This document shows, one piece after another, positions 19,684 to 29,787 of a stretch of 55,732 nucleotides of DNA (positions are counted from its first letter, which is position 1; every line of letters begins with the position of its first letter). Below the pieces are notes generated by a model. That model was given only the letters and a program-made list of their open reading frames with translations. It did no database searches and was not told the origin of the DNA. Made by a program: the position numbers and the translations under genes. This DNA comes from a virus (Duplodnaviria > Caudoviricetes), in IMG/VR virus record IMGVR_UViG_3300021959_000051, positions 1 to 55,732 of that record; one strand, 5' to 3'.

Positions 19684-20115
19684 TTATTCCGGTTTAGTTG
19701 GCCAAGTTACGTTAAATGGGAATTCCTCTTGGCTTGGGATATCTTTTAGGGCTTGACGGTATGTAGACATCTCTGCAGATAATTTATTCTCCGGTAAGGT
19801 AAGATGATCTGTTTCAGCTAATATACAATCCCGATAAACTATTACATTAGACTCAGCTTCATCTTCCGACTTGTTAGATATAGAGTAATTTACCTGCCAC
19901 TCATCACCGTTTAATACAGGAGTTCCTGGTACTATATCCTGTACTTTAGAATCATATGATGGAGCTTCTAACTCTATTACCTGATAAACCCCATATGTTC
20001 CTAATACAGTATCAGATATCTCTTCTGGAAAAGATGTATCCGGATTATCTCGACGAAATTGAGCTATTGTGTACGGATATTGAACAGACAGTCCGTTTAC
20101 TGTTTTTGCATACAT
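19684..20115 (-). CDS. Tail fibre assembly chaperone-like protein
   Basis: YPYTIAQFRRDNPDTSFP and C-terminal YRQALKDIPSQEEFPFNVTWPTKP. Confidence 0.8.
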   Translation of the reverse strand: MYAKTVNGLSVQYPYTIAQFRRDNPDTSFPEEISDTVLGTYGVYQVIELEAPSYDSKVQDIVPGTPVLNGDEWQVNYSISNKSEDEAESNVIVYRDCILAETDHLTLPENKLSAEMSTYRQALKDIPSQEEFPFNVTWPTKPE

Positions 20116-20124
20116 ATTCTTTCC

Positions 20125-21006
20125 TTATGATGCTTCTAATGTTTCATTGCCGTTAGAGTCAGACAGGCTTGTTAATGTAGATGGAAAGCTTCTGCCAGTC
20201 CCCCAGATAATACGAACTGCACCGGTTTGCGCTGCCGTTGGAGTGCCACTCATCGCTGCAGATCCTGCTCCAAACTGACCTCCATATGGATTACCTCCGT
20301 CTGCTCCACCCGAGCCTCCACGTCCCCCGTGGCTAGCTTGATTAGCAGTAGCTGCAGCGCCATTTGAACCCTGACCGAACAATCCTACACCGCCCCCTCC
20401 CGTTCCGAGCCCTGGATAACTACTAGGACCAACAGCACCTCCACCACCAGCGCCACCAGATCCGGAAGTTCCAGCTGCTGGACCCTTACCTGCTGTTCCT
20501 CCATCTCCATTATATCCACCAGCGCCTCCGCCAGCGCCCTCTCTGTAAGCATTCCCTCCTTCAGGAACCGCCCCATAAAAATCAGATGATGCTAGACCTC
20601 CGCGGCCTCCACCATCATAATTCGATCCTATAGATTTATATTGAGACGAGCTGGAACCAGAATACCCCCCTTGGCCTCCTGTAGCTGTAGTACCTAGTGC
20701 CGTACTATCCTCAGCTGCGTGGTTGTATGGAGCAACAGCGCCTGTTATACTATTGGTAGCTCCCACTACAATTGTATATGATTGACCAGGAACAACAGTA
20801 ATGTTATTCTTATAAGCTAATGATCCTCCACTTCCTCCATAAGCTCCTCCACTTCCCCCTGCCCCAACACAGACTACGCAAACACTAGTAACTCCTGTAG
20901 GACAAGTCCAAGTATATGAACCAGCAGTTTCCCATCTTGCGCCTCCAGGGTCAATAACCTCTTCTGCAGACACACTGCTTAAAAGAGCTAGCATCAAACC
21001 AGACAT
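20125..21006 (-). CDS. Glycine-rich tail fibre adhesin-like protein
   Basis: WTCPTGVTSVCVVCVGAGGSGG, many GGGG runs, GAVRIIWGTGRSFPST. Confidence 0.75.
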   Translation of the reverse strand: MSGLMLALLSSVSAEEVIDPGGARWETAGSYTWTCPTGVTSVCVVCVGAGGSGGAYGGSGGSLAYKNNITVVPGQSYTIVVGATNSITGAVAPYNHAAEDSTALGTTATGGQGGYSGSSSSQYKSIGSNYDGGGRGGLASSDFYGAVPEGGNAYREGAGGGAGGYNGDGGTAGKGPAAGTSGSGGAGGGGAVGPSSYPGLGTGGGGVGLFGQGSNGAAATANQASHGGRGGSGGADGGNPYGGQFGAGSAAMSGTPTAAQTGAVRIIWGTGRSFPSTLTSLSDSNGNETLEAS

Positions 21007-21377
21007 TAGCTAACGCTCCCTGCAATAACACAAACAGTACCACTAATAAACAGTATTGTTGCAATCCCCCTTGTAGCAAGTGTTACTGACGCTTTATCTG
21101 TATTAGTACCACTTATATATGCGGTTGTAATTGAACAAGTAATAGTTACGTTGCCTGTAGTGTTGTTAAATACACTTACAATATCTCCTTCGGAAAAGGT
21201 CGAGTTAGGTATAGTAATACTACCTCCCGAACCTACCTGTATATACTTTCCTACGTCACCAGTAGCTAAAGTATAACTAGACGTCTTGGTACCCACAGGA
21301 GAAATACTAGCAGCAGCAGTTAATGATCCACTACTAACAGAAATATCATTGGTTTGATGATTTATATTTATTGACAT
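21006..21377 (-). CDS. Fibre-associated virion protein
   Basis: KTSSYTLATGDVGK...TIPNSTFSEGDIVSVFN; TAATG-coupled to the Gly-rich gene. Confidence 0.65.
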   Translation of the reverse strand: MSININHQTNDISVSSGSLTAAASISPVGTKTSSYTLATGDVGKYIQVGSGGSITIPNSTFSEGDIVSVFNNTTGNVTITCSITTAYISGTNTDKASVTLATRGIATILFISGTVCVIAGSVS

Positions 21378-21395
21378 AAGTGATTCCTTAATTAT

Positions 21396-21704
21396 TTATG
21401 CAGCCGTAGATCCCGCCATGTCATCTTGATCCATTACCCAAGCATAACACTTAGCTAAGAATGTATCACCTGTTTTAGCTTCAACATCTGTTAAGTTTGC
21501 GTTAAAACGCTTGGAATCTACATCTCGAGTTTCATCGTTAGGTGAGTTAGTCGCATAAGCACAAAGATCAATCATTACCATAAATTTAGCATCTATTATG
21601 CTAGGCTGCCGTATAATAACAGCTGATACAATTCGATAGTATGCATCGTTGAAAGCTATACCGAATTGGCTGTTTTCAGCAATAATGTTATTTAAAATAG
21701 CCAT
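21396..21704 (-). CDS. Hypothetical protein (possible fibre chaperone)
   Basis: 102-aa ORF with RBS directly after the giant fibre gene. Confidence 0.65.
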   Translation of the reverse strand: MAILNNIIAENSQFGIAFNDAYYRIVSAVIIRQPSIIDAKFMVMIDLCAYATNSPNDETRDVDSKRFNANLTDVEAKTGDTFLAKCYAWVMDQDDMAGSTAA

Positions 21705-21719
21705 GAGTTTATTTCCTTT

Positions 21720-24700
21720 TTAATCATATCTTACTTCAGTTGTGTTAATCGAAGCTACCCAACGAATATTAGTTGATGCAGCACCTGTTACAGTGATTGC
21801 CAATCCTCCGTTTGTAGTGTCAGCGGATAGTACCATGCCCCAGTTAGGTGTGTTGTCTAAAACAGTAGTTGCACTATTAACTAGGGTAGTAGTGCCAGCC
21901 GAACCCTCTCTACGAATTAAACCTTCAATCTTCCAAGCTGCACATTCAGTACCTTCGGATGCTTTTTCTCTTGCTACAATAGTGCCGTGAAATGCGTAAG
22001 CATGATTGTTAGCTAGAATTAATTGGTTGTTTGTTGTTGCAGTGCTATTATTAGTAGTAAGAGCAGTAGCAGTTGCGTTTGTAGTGGCTTGGCGAAAAAT
22101 TGTTAATGCACTTTGACTGTCTCCAGTACTAGAAAATTCTCCGTTACCAAAAGCCATTTTACCCACATACGCAGATTTAGCTTTAGTCCCAATAGCAGTA
22201 CCATTAGTGCACCATGCATAATTTGAAAACCCAAGTGTAGTCGAATACTGTCCACTAGATTGTGAGTAAGCCCCAACACTAGTGGCATATGAAGCATTAG
22301 CCACACCTGAAACAGCAACAGAGTTAGTCTGTGTCGCACAAGAGACAGAAAAATATCCCCCTATTGCAAGAGCGCCACAGCCTTGAGCTTTAGCTAGATA
22401 TCCTATCGCTACACTACGAGGACTCATAGCACCGAAGGATGAAGTGTTGTTAGATATAGCTGCTGCAAAGCCGTCTTGGGCAGCTGCCCTAGAGCATCCT
22501 AAGGCTATTGCTCCTGTACCAGAACTTGTAACCTGTGCATCATATCCAATTGCTATTGATCTAATTGCTGCTGCACAGGTCATTTGCCCTATAGCTATAG
22601 CACATACACCATAAGCTCTTGGACCGAAGCCAGTACCCCCATAACCACCACCAATTGCAATTGAAAGCTGCGCAGTAGCTTTAGGACCGACAGAAGTAGA
22701 ATTAGATGAACCTACAGCTGTAGCATAAGCTCCAGTAGCAACAGAAGAGGCTCCAATAGCAAGAGAACGGTCTGCTGTCGCGCAGGATTGAGGCCCAAGC
22801 GCTACAGATGTGTCTCCTGAAGCTCTCATATTTCTACCAATGGCTATTGATTGACTTCCACAAGCGCAAGCTCCATCCCCGAACGCTTGAGCAGAAAACC
22901 CTGTCGCCTCAGAATTACTACCAATTGCAACTCCATTACTACCTGTTGCAGATGGGGTTGTAGAGCTCGATGGATTTTCAGCATAGAGAGTCGTACCTCC
23001 TCCGCCGCCTCCTGATGCTGCTGCAAGCACAAGACCACCACTAGAAGTGCTGTATGTTAATACATGACCATCAGTAGACCCAAGACCTGGGATACGTAGC
23101 AGGTTGTTGTTAGCGTTACCAAGAGTAATTTCATTAGACACGGTAGCTGATGACGCATCTGCACAACAACCCAAAACAATATTGTTTGATCCAGTTGTTA
23201 AAGAAACGCCAGCACTTCTACCAATAGCTGTGTTGTGTGTGCCAGTAGTTAGATTGCATAACGCAAAACTACCAACAGCAGTATTACCTTGAGATGTTGT
23301 AACAGAGCCCATTGATAAGTAACCGACGGCTACGTTACAGCAAGAAGTAGTAGCGCTTTGCATTGCACTTGATCCGACTATAGTATTACCATGTCGTTTA
23401 ATTGTTTTACCAGCACAATGACCGATAGCAACGTTATTAACCCCACAGAAATATGCTGAATGAGTACCAATAGAAACGTTGCATCCGCAGTTACCAAAAG
23501 TACCTGCAAACGCACCTAATGCAACGTTGCATGAAGCAGTTGTGGTAGTGTAACCTGCACCATCACCAAAATATGCATGATACTGCCCTGTAGTGGTGTT
23601 TAATCCCGCATCTCTACCTACAGCTGTATTGCAACTAGCACTAGTAGTACATGCCAGAGCTCTGCATCCAACCGCAGTATTATTATTACCAATAACTTTA
23701 CATATTAAAGCCTTAAAACCAATAGCAGTATTACCATAACCAGTTGTGTTGGAACACAAAGAGCAGTTACCTATTGATGTGTTGTAACAACCAAATGTAT
23801 TTGATTTTAATGCTTTATACCCTACTGCTGTATTACACATCCCAGAGGTGTTGCCGCATAACCCATAAGTACCCATAGCAGTGTTCTGTGCGCCAATAGT
23901 ATTATTGCGCATCGCAAACATACCAAACGCATTATTATATGCACCTGATGTGTTTTGTTGTAGAGAGTATGCACCAAATGCAGTTGTATATGCACTTGTG
24001 TTGTTTTCAGCTGCATTTGAACCAACAGCTGTTATAAAGTGCGCTGTTGTATTTGTCTTACCTGCGCTTTGACCCATATAGGTGTTTTGATAACCAGAAG
24101 TATTAGCACAACCTGCTTTATCACCAATTGCGTTGTTAGACGAACCCGAAGCTGATCTCAGACCATAACTACCAATAGAAATATTATAATTACCACCAGC
24201 TAACTGTTGCGAGTTCATACCCAACGCAATAGCATGCTGAGGCTGAGAACCTAGGTTGCACATCGCAGATTCACCAATTGCTATACTATTACGACCGGCT
24301 GCGGTTGTCCCTAAGTTTTTACCTGCTGAGTGGCCTACAGCAACGTTGCTATAACCAACTGTGGCTTGGCACATCGCACAAGCACCAACAGCTGTGTTAT
24401 TATATCCTGTTGTGCTTGAATTTAGAGTACTAAATCCTACTGCTACTGTATTACATCCTGTTGTGTTAGCATGCATTACAGAGTTACCAATGGCAACGTT
24501 TTTTCTACCAATTGTGGTGTTGTATGAAGCAGCGTAACCTATAGCAACGTTGGAATCACCGCCAGTGCCTTGCCTCATAGCAGATGTGCCAATAACAACG
24601 TTATAACCGCCAGTAATATTACTTCTCATAGCAGAGGAACCAATAGCTACGTTATACTGACCTGTTGTATTACAATATAAGGCTTCGTTACCTACCGCAG

Positions 24701-27700
24701 TATGACCACCTGTACATGATTTAAACAGAGCTCTATATCCAACAGCTGTACCATAGCTATTAGTTGTATTACATCTCATAGCACAAACGCCAATAGCAAC
24801 GTTTTTGCCTGCACAAGTGTTGGCCATCAATGACATAGAGCCAATAGCAATGTTCTCTTGACCTGTTGTATTAGCAATCATCGCCTCTGTTCCAATTGCT
24901 ACGTTGCACGACCCGGTCGTATTAAAAAATAGAGATTGATGGCCAACAGCTGTATTACAAGTTGCCCCAAGGCTGCAGGCCATTGATTGGTTACCAAGCG
25001 CTGTGTTGCACCCAGCTGTAATTTTTGACATAGCTTTCGAGCCAATAGCAACATTGTTAAACATTGGAGAACTACCTGCAGCACACATTGCGCCATAACC
25101 AATAGCAACTTGGTGATCTGCTGAACCAAGTGTCTTACCTGCATGTGCACCAATCAGAATATTTTGATCACCAGATGAATTTAAGCTACAGCCTGCAGAA
25201 AAACCGACAGTTACGTTACCAGTGCCCCCGGTACCTGCATTTGTTCCCAAACCTAAATTATTTGTTCCAGTAGTAGAAGCATCGCTTAGATCATCAATAG
25301 CTGATGCACCACCACCACCGCCTCCTCCTGATGCAGCTGCAAGTACTAATGAGGTGCCATTATAACATAATACATGACCTGATGAAGCGCCTGCTTGCAA
25401 TCCTGGCAATCTAAGCACTGTGTTAGATGTATTGCCAATTACTATTTCATTTGATGTAGTTGCTGATGTTGCTTGCGCGCCATGTCCAATTATAATATTA
25501 TTACCACCAGTTGTAATTGTATTACCTGAGGCTCTTCCTAGGAAAGTATTACACACCCCTGATGTTACATTCTGACCAGATCCTGAACCTATTGCTGTGT
25601 TAAATTCCCCTGTTACTTTACATAAAGCCCAGCTACCAATAGCAGTGTTATACATTACATAACCTGTGTGGTCCATCATGGCTTTGTAACCAATAGCAGT
25701 AGAACCATAAGCTCCTGTGGCACTTTTCATTGCACAGTTACCTACAGCAACGTTAGCTCTTACTGTAGTACCCGCGCACATTGTATTACAACCAATAGCA
25801 ACATTATCAATTCCAGTGGTAATACACGAACCTGCAAAGTACCCCAGTGCTTGATTGCCATTTCCAGTAGCACATTTTAAAACACAGTAACCTACACCGA
25901 CAGAATTTTGAACTGGTTTTCTAGATCCTGAGTTACCTATTAATACGTTTCTGCATGCTGCCGGTCCTAGATCAGTGAATCTACCCATAACTACATTGTC
26001 GCTACCTGTAGTAATACAAGCACCTGCATTCTGTCCAAACAAGCTATTAGAAGCACCTGATGTGATAGCTACACCAGTGCAATACCCTACAGCTGTGTTA
26101 CAACCTGAACCTGTTTGCGATTTAAGAGAATTATTACCAACAGCTGTACTGTAAAAACTACCATTACCGTTACCGGTATCTGAGCACATTGCATTAGTAC
26201 CAATGGCTATTACCCCTTGAAACGCATTTACACAAACTCTATTTTTTAAAGCGTTAGTACCAATTGCAATGTTATTTTGGTCTTTAGTATTACTAAAGTT
26301 TGCACATCGGCCAATAGCTATGTTACTGTAAGCACCGGCTGAATTATGACATTGCATAGCTTGCGTACCTATAGCAATATTATTACTACCTATAGCTGCG
26401 TTACCATAACCAGCTTTCCAACCTATAAACACGTTACAATCACCACAAGTAACAGATCTCATAGCATCTTTACCGATAACTACGTTATATTTTCCTGCAG
26501 TGTTTTGATACATTGCCATCGAACCAACAGCAACGTTAGAGTGTCCAAGAGAGGTAGTTTGCATACTGCGTATAGCATTAAACCCGATTGCAACTGTGTC
26601 ATATGTATTAACCGCTTGCTTTAAGGCCTCTGTACCTATAGCTACGTTCATTACTCCTGTAGTATTTGCTGCCAGGGCGCATATACCTACTGCAGTAACA
26701 CTCCTATCTGTTGCGGTTAATGCAGCTAATGCATTAGTACCTAATCCAACGCTTGTGGCATTAGTCTTAGCATCACTTAGATCATTAATGGCTGATGCAC
26801 CTCCTCCACCACCACCTGATGCAGCCGCTAAGACCAATGAAGTACCATTGTAACACATGATGTGCCCTGACGATGCACCGGATTGCAAACCAGGAATCCT
26901 AAACGCTGTGATATTAGCATCACCAAGTGTGATTTCGTTATTGACGGTTGCAGAGCTTGCAGAAGCTCCTCTACCCAAAAGAAGATTACAAGATCCTGTT
27001 GTAAGACTTAAACCTGCCTGTTCACCAATTGCTGTGTTACATACACCGGTTGTTAAAGATCTTAAACTTAATCTACCCATTGCAATGTTGCAACCGCCGG
27101 TAGTAGTTGAACATAAAGTTTCTAGTCCAATACCAATATTTAAACAAGCAGTAGTGTTAACTTTACCTGAGCGTATACCAACGTAAATATTGCAGTTGCC
27201 AGCAGTAGAATTACACGCAGCTCCATAACCAACAGCTATGTTATAATTACCAGTTAAATTGTTGCGAAAGCTGCTAGAGCCAAGGGCAACATTACCATTG
27301 CCAGTATTGCAAGCCATACCATATCTACCAACTGCAGTCTGTTGATTACCTCCCTTTGAGTTGGCATAATAACCTATACTAACCGCCGATCCTGATGTAT
27401 TTTTCCAACCAGCTGCGTAACCAATTAACACAGATTGTTCTATATTTGTCGCACACTTACCAGCCGATGCACCTAATACTGTAGCGAAGCATCCAGTAAC
27501 ATTACAGCACATAGCCTGTTCACCAATAGCTGTATTCCATCTCACAGCAGTTGCTTTATAACCAGCGTTTCTACCTACATATGTATTTGCATATCCAGTC
27601 GTAGTACTATAACCTGCGAATGCGCCAATAGCCGTCATACACCCACCGGTTGTTAAATTAGTAAATGCATGATTACCAACAGCAACGTTTTGATTGGAAG

Positions 27701-28724
27701 ATGTTTGTGTCTTTAAAGCGTTTGAGCCGATAGCGACATTCCAATAACCAGTAACTACAGAACATAAAGTATTTGAACCTATAGCAACACTTTCTGTACC
27801 TGTGGTTAAAAGCTTTAACGCATTGAGACCAATAGCTACATTACAATTGGATGACCCATCATCATTAGCTAGTGCATTAGTACCTAGACCCAGTGAAGTT
27901 GTATCTGGAGACTTACCATCAGATAGACCATTAATATTAGAAGCTCCACCCCCAGTAGTAGCCCAAGATACAGTTCCACTACCGTTTGTTGTGAGAACTT
28001 GATTTGCAGATCCGTCTGCAGCAGGTAAAGTAAAAGCATTATTGAATGTTACGGTACCTAAAGCGTTTATAGTTAAAGGGTTGCAATGAGCTGATGGGTT
28101 ATGGCAATAAGTACAAAACTTAATTGTATTACCAGAACTATTAGTCTTCAATTCAAACCCTTGGCCTCCAACATGTTGAAGATGACCAGCTACGCCTGAG
28201 GTTCCACTGTTAAATTCAATTTTACTAGTACCAAAGTTACCAGTACCATCACCAAAAGTTAGCGTTGGGTTACCAGATGCTACACTTGTTGAAATATCAG
28301 CAACATTAGTAATTGTATTACCCTGGCCATCAAGATTTCCTCCAAGTTGTGGAGTTGTATCTTCTACAATATCACTCAGACCTGACCCTGCTGCAGCTGT
28401 TGAAGCTGCAACGTTGACAAAAACGGGTGTTTCTGCGCTGTCTTGATAATAAACGTTTAGAGTACCATCTTGCTTATCATACCATAAATCACCAGGTTTA
28501 ACGGTTGTTGGTACATCACTATCGATGAGTGCTCCAATTTGATGAAGCCTGACATAATCAGAATCTACTAGATTTGAAACTGCAGCTGAATCTAATCCAC
28601 CGCCTCCACCACCACCACCGACAGCAGAAGAGATTGTTGCACTAGTTGTGGCATCAAGAGATGCAATATTTTGTAATTGCCTACTATCATTAACGACTGT
28701 AGTACCTGTAATCTTGATGGCCAT
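21720..28724 (-). CDS. Giant Cys-rich tail fibre/adhesin, 2334 aa (three 17-aa-repeat modules plus a YadA-head-like module)
   Basis: N[TV]A[VI]GxxALxxNTTGxx repeats; fibre motifs DTTPQLGGNLD and LPAADGSANQVLTTNGSG; about 84 Cys by manual count. Confidence 0.85.
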   Translation of the reverse strand: MAIKITGTTVVNDSRQLQNIASLDATTSATISSAVGGGGGGGGLDSAAVSNLVDSDYVRLHQIGALIDSDVPTTVKPGDLWYDKQDGTLNVYYQDSAETPVFVNVAASTAAAGSGLSDIVEDTTPQLGGNLDGQGNTITNVADISTSVASGNPTLTFGDGTGNFGTSKIEFNSGTSGVAGHLQHVGGQGFELKTNSSGNTIKFCTYCHNPSAHCNPLTINALGTVTFNNAFTLPAADGSANQVLTTNGSGTVSWATTGGGASNINGLSDGKSPDTTSLGLGTNALANDDGSSNCNVAIGLNALKLLTTGTESVAIGSNTLCSVVTGYWNVAIGSNALKTQTSSNQNVAVGNHAFTNLTTGGCMTAIGAFAGYSTTTGYANTYVGRNAGYKATAVRWNTAIGEQAMCCNVTGCFATVLGASAGKCATNIEQSVLIGYAAGWKNTSGSAVSIGYYANSKGGNQQTAVGRYGMACNTGNGNVALGSSSFRNNLTGNYNIAVGYGAACNSTAGNCNIYVGIRSGKVNTTACLNIGIGLETLCSTTTGGCNIAMGRLSLRSLTTGVCNTAIGEQAGLSLTTGSCNLLLGRGASASSATVNNEITLGDANITAFRIPGLQSGASSGHIMCYNGTSLVLAAASGGGGGGASAINDLSDAKTNATSVGLGTNALAALTATDRSVTAVGICALAANTTGVMNVAIGTEALKQAVNTYDTVAIGFNAIRSMQTTSLGHSNVAVGSMAMYQNTAGKYNVVIGKDAMRSVTCGDCNVFIGWKAGYGNAAIGSNNIAIGTQAMQCHNSAGAYSNIAIGRCANFSNTKDQNNIAIGTNALKNRVCVNAFQGVIAIGTNAMCSDTGNGNGSFYSTAVGNNSLKSQTGSGCNTAVGYCTGVAITSGASNSLFGQNAGACITTGSDNVVMGRFTDLGPAACRNVLIGNSGSRKPVQNSVGVGYCVLKCATGNGNQALGYFAGSCITTGIDNVAIGCNTMCAGTTVRANVAVGNCAMKSATGAYGSTAIGYKAMMDHTGYVMYNTAIGSWALCKVTGEFNTAIGSGSGQNVTSGVCNTFLGRASGNTITTGGNNIIIGHGAQATSATTSNEIVIGNTSNTVLRLPGLQAGASSGHVLCYNGTSLVLAAASGGGGGGGASAIDDLSDASTTGTNNLGLGTNAGTGGTGNVTVGFSAGCSLNSSGDQNILIGAHAGKTLGSADHQVAIGYGAMCAAGSSPMFNNVAIGSKAMSKITAGCNTALGNQSMACSLGATCNTAVGHQSLFFNTTGSCNVAIGTEAMIANTTGQENIAIGSMSLMANTCAGKNVAIGVCAMRCNTTNSYGTAVGYRALFKSCTGGHTAVGNEALYCNTTGQYNVAIGSSAMRSNITGGYNVVIGTSAMRQGTGGDSNVAIGYAASYNTTIGRKNVAIGNSVMHANTTGCNTVAVGFSTLNSSTTGYNNTAVGACAMCQATVGYSNVAVGHSAGKNLGTTAAGRNSIAIGESAMCNLGSQPQHAIALGMNSQQLAGGNYNISIGSYGLRSASGSSNNAIGDKAGCANTSGYQNTYMGQSAGKTNTTAHFITAVGSNAAENNTSAYTTAFGAYSLQQNTSGAYNNAFGMFAMRNNTIGAQNTAMGTYGLCGNTSGMCNTAVGYKALKSNTFGCYNTSIGNCSLCSNTTGYGNTAIGFKALICKVIGNNNTAVGCRALACTTSASCNTAVGRDAGLNTTTGQYHAYFGDGAGYTTTTASCNVALGAFAGTFGNCGCNVSIGTHSAYFCGVNNVAIGHCAGKTIKRHGNTIVGSSAMQSATTSCCNVAVGYLSMGSVTTSQGNTAVGSFALCNLTTGTHNTAIGRSAGVSLTTGSNNIVLGCCADASSATVSNEITLGNANNNLLRIPGLGSTDGHVLTYSTSSGGLVLAAASGGGGGGTTLYAENPSSSTTPSATGSNGVAIGSNSEATGFSAQAFGDGACACGSQSIAIGRNMRASGDTSVALGPQSCATADRSLAIGASSVATGAYATAVGSSNSTSVGPKATAQLSIAIGGGYGGTGFGPRAYGVCAIAIGQMTCAAAIRSIAIGYDAQVTSSGTGAIALGCSRAAAQDGFAAAISNNTSSFGAMSPRSVAIGYLAKAQGCGALAIGGYFSVSCATQTNSVAVSGVANASYATSVGAYSQSSGQYSTTLGFSNYAWCTNGTAIGTKAKSAYVGKMAFGNGEFSSTGDSQSALTIFRQATTNATATALTTNNSTATTNNQLILANNHAYAFHGTIVAREKASEGTECAAWKIEGLIRREGSAGTTTLVNSATTVLDNTPNWGMVLSADTTNGGLAITVTGAASTNIRWVASINTTEVRYD

Positions 28725-28734
28725 GGATTAATCC

Positions 28735-29394
28735 TTATTTTTTTATTTTATTTAACCAGCTCATAAAATCACCATTCCAACGTTTTGTCCCGACATGCGA
28801 AAGTTTAATAGATGGGTCAAGCCATACCTTACCGCCCAACTTTCTCCACTTCCTACAAAATACAATATCCTCAGATATTAGTTCACCTTTTTCATCTACT
28901 ACTATATCAAAAATCATTTTAATTGGTTTAGGTTTATGTGATTCGGTATATTCTATACTATCATCTGAAACTGTTTGCAACGCTTTTCTTGTTAATCTTA
29001 AAAAACCTGTTGCAATACCTTCAACTTCTACCAAACCACTCTCTTCAAATTTCATATTCCCATCTAATACTTTGACGGGATAATCTTCTTCATCGCCCTT
29101 TTTAGGGTAAATTCCTCCAACAACATCAGCATCATGCTCTAGTAGCTTGAAGAAATCTTCGGGGTTCCAATCAACGTCACAATCAATGAAAACTAAATCA
29201 TCGACTTCTTGATCTAAAGCTAATTTGGCAATATCATTTCTAGCACGTTGTACTAACGAATCATATGACATGTAAATGCAATAAACGTTTATGTCCTTTG
29301 CAAGACCTGCTTTGCAAGTCTCGCTAAGAGCCGATGCATGCCATACGGTTATAGTACCGTCGTAAGACGGCGCTGCAATCATAACATTTCTCAT
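28735..29394 (-). CDS. Glycosyltransferase, GT-A fold (GT2-like)
   Basis: SLVQRARN, FIDCDVDW (DxD), ATGFLRL, SEDIVFC, LSHVG motifs. Confidence 0.85.
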   Translation of the reverse strand: MRNVMIAAPSYDGTITVWHASALSETCKAGLAKDINVYCIYMSYDSLVQRARNDIAKLALDQEVDDLVFIDCDVDWNPEDFFKLLEHDADVVGGIYPKKGDEEDYPVKVLDGNMKFEESGLVEVEGIATGFLRLTRKALQTVSDDSIEYTESHKPKPIKMIFDIVVDEKGELISEDIVFCRKWRKLGGKVWLDPSIKLSHVGTKRWNGDFMSWLNKIKK

Positions 29395-29409
29395 TATATA
29401 AGATCCCTA

Positions 29410-29757
29410 TTAACCTAGTGTGTCTAGATCAAAGTCATCTACAGCAGACTCTTCAGGTTCTGCGGGTGCTAGATTGAACGCCTCGTAATGTGCGTGAAAT
29501 ACGTGATCATCGATAACAGCAGGCATCATTGCGATGAGTTCTGCTTTTGTGTAGTCAGTTGCTACTTTTGATGGTGTTTCGATTTCAACTGATTCAGAGT
29601 AATCTGAATTCCATGCTGGCTGTACTGGATCTGCGTCTGCATCTCCTGCGTAAGCATAGTTTACTTCGATTTCCCACCGAGTTACTTTATTATCGGACGC
29701 ACGTTTAGTTGGTACCGCTTTTGCAAGCGTTTTAGTTACCGGTGAATATGTAGCCAT
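29410..29757 (-). CDS. Hypothetical protein heading the GT-fibre transcript
   Basis: 115-aa ORF with AAGGAG RBS and late promoter upstream. Confidence 0.75.
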   Translation of the reverse strand: MATYSPVTKTLAKAVPTKRASDNKVTRWEIEVNYAYAGDADADPVQPAWNSDYSESVEIETPSKVATDYTKAELIAMMPAVIDDHVFHAHYEAFNLAPAEPEESAVDDFDLDTLG

Positions 29758-29787
29758 TTTCGACTCCTTTAAGGTTACTAGGCATGA

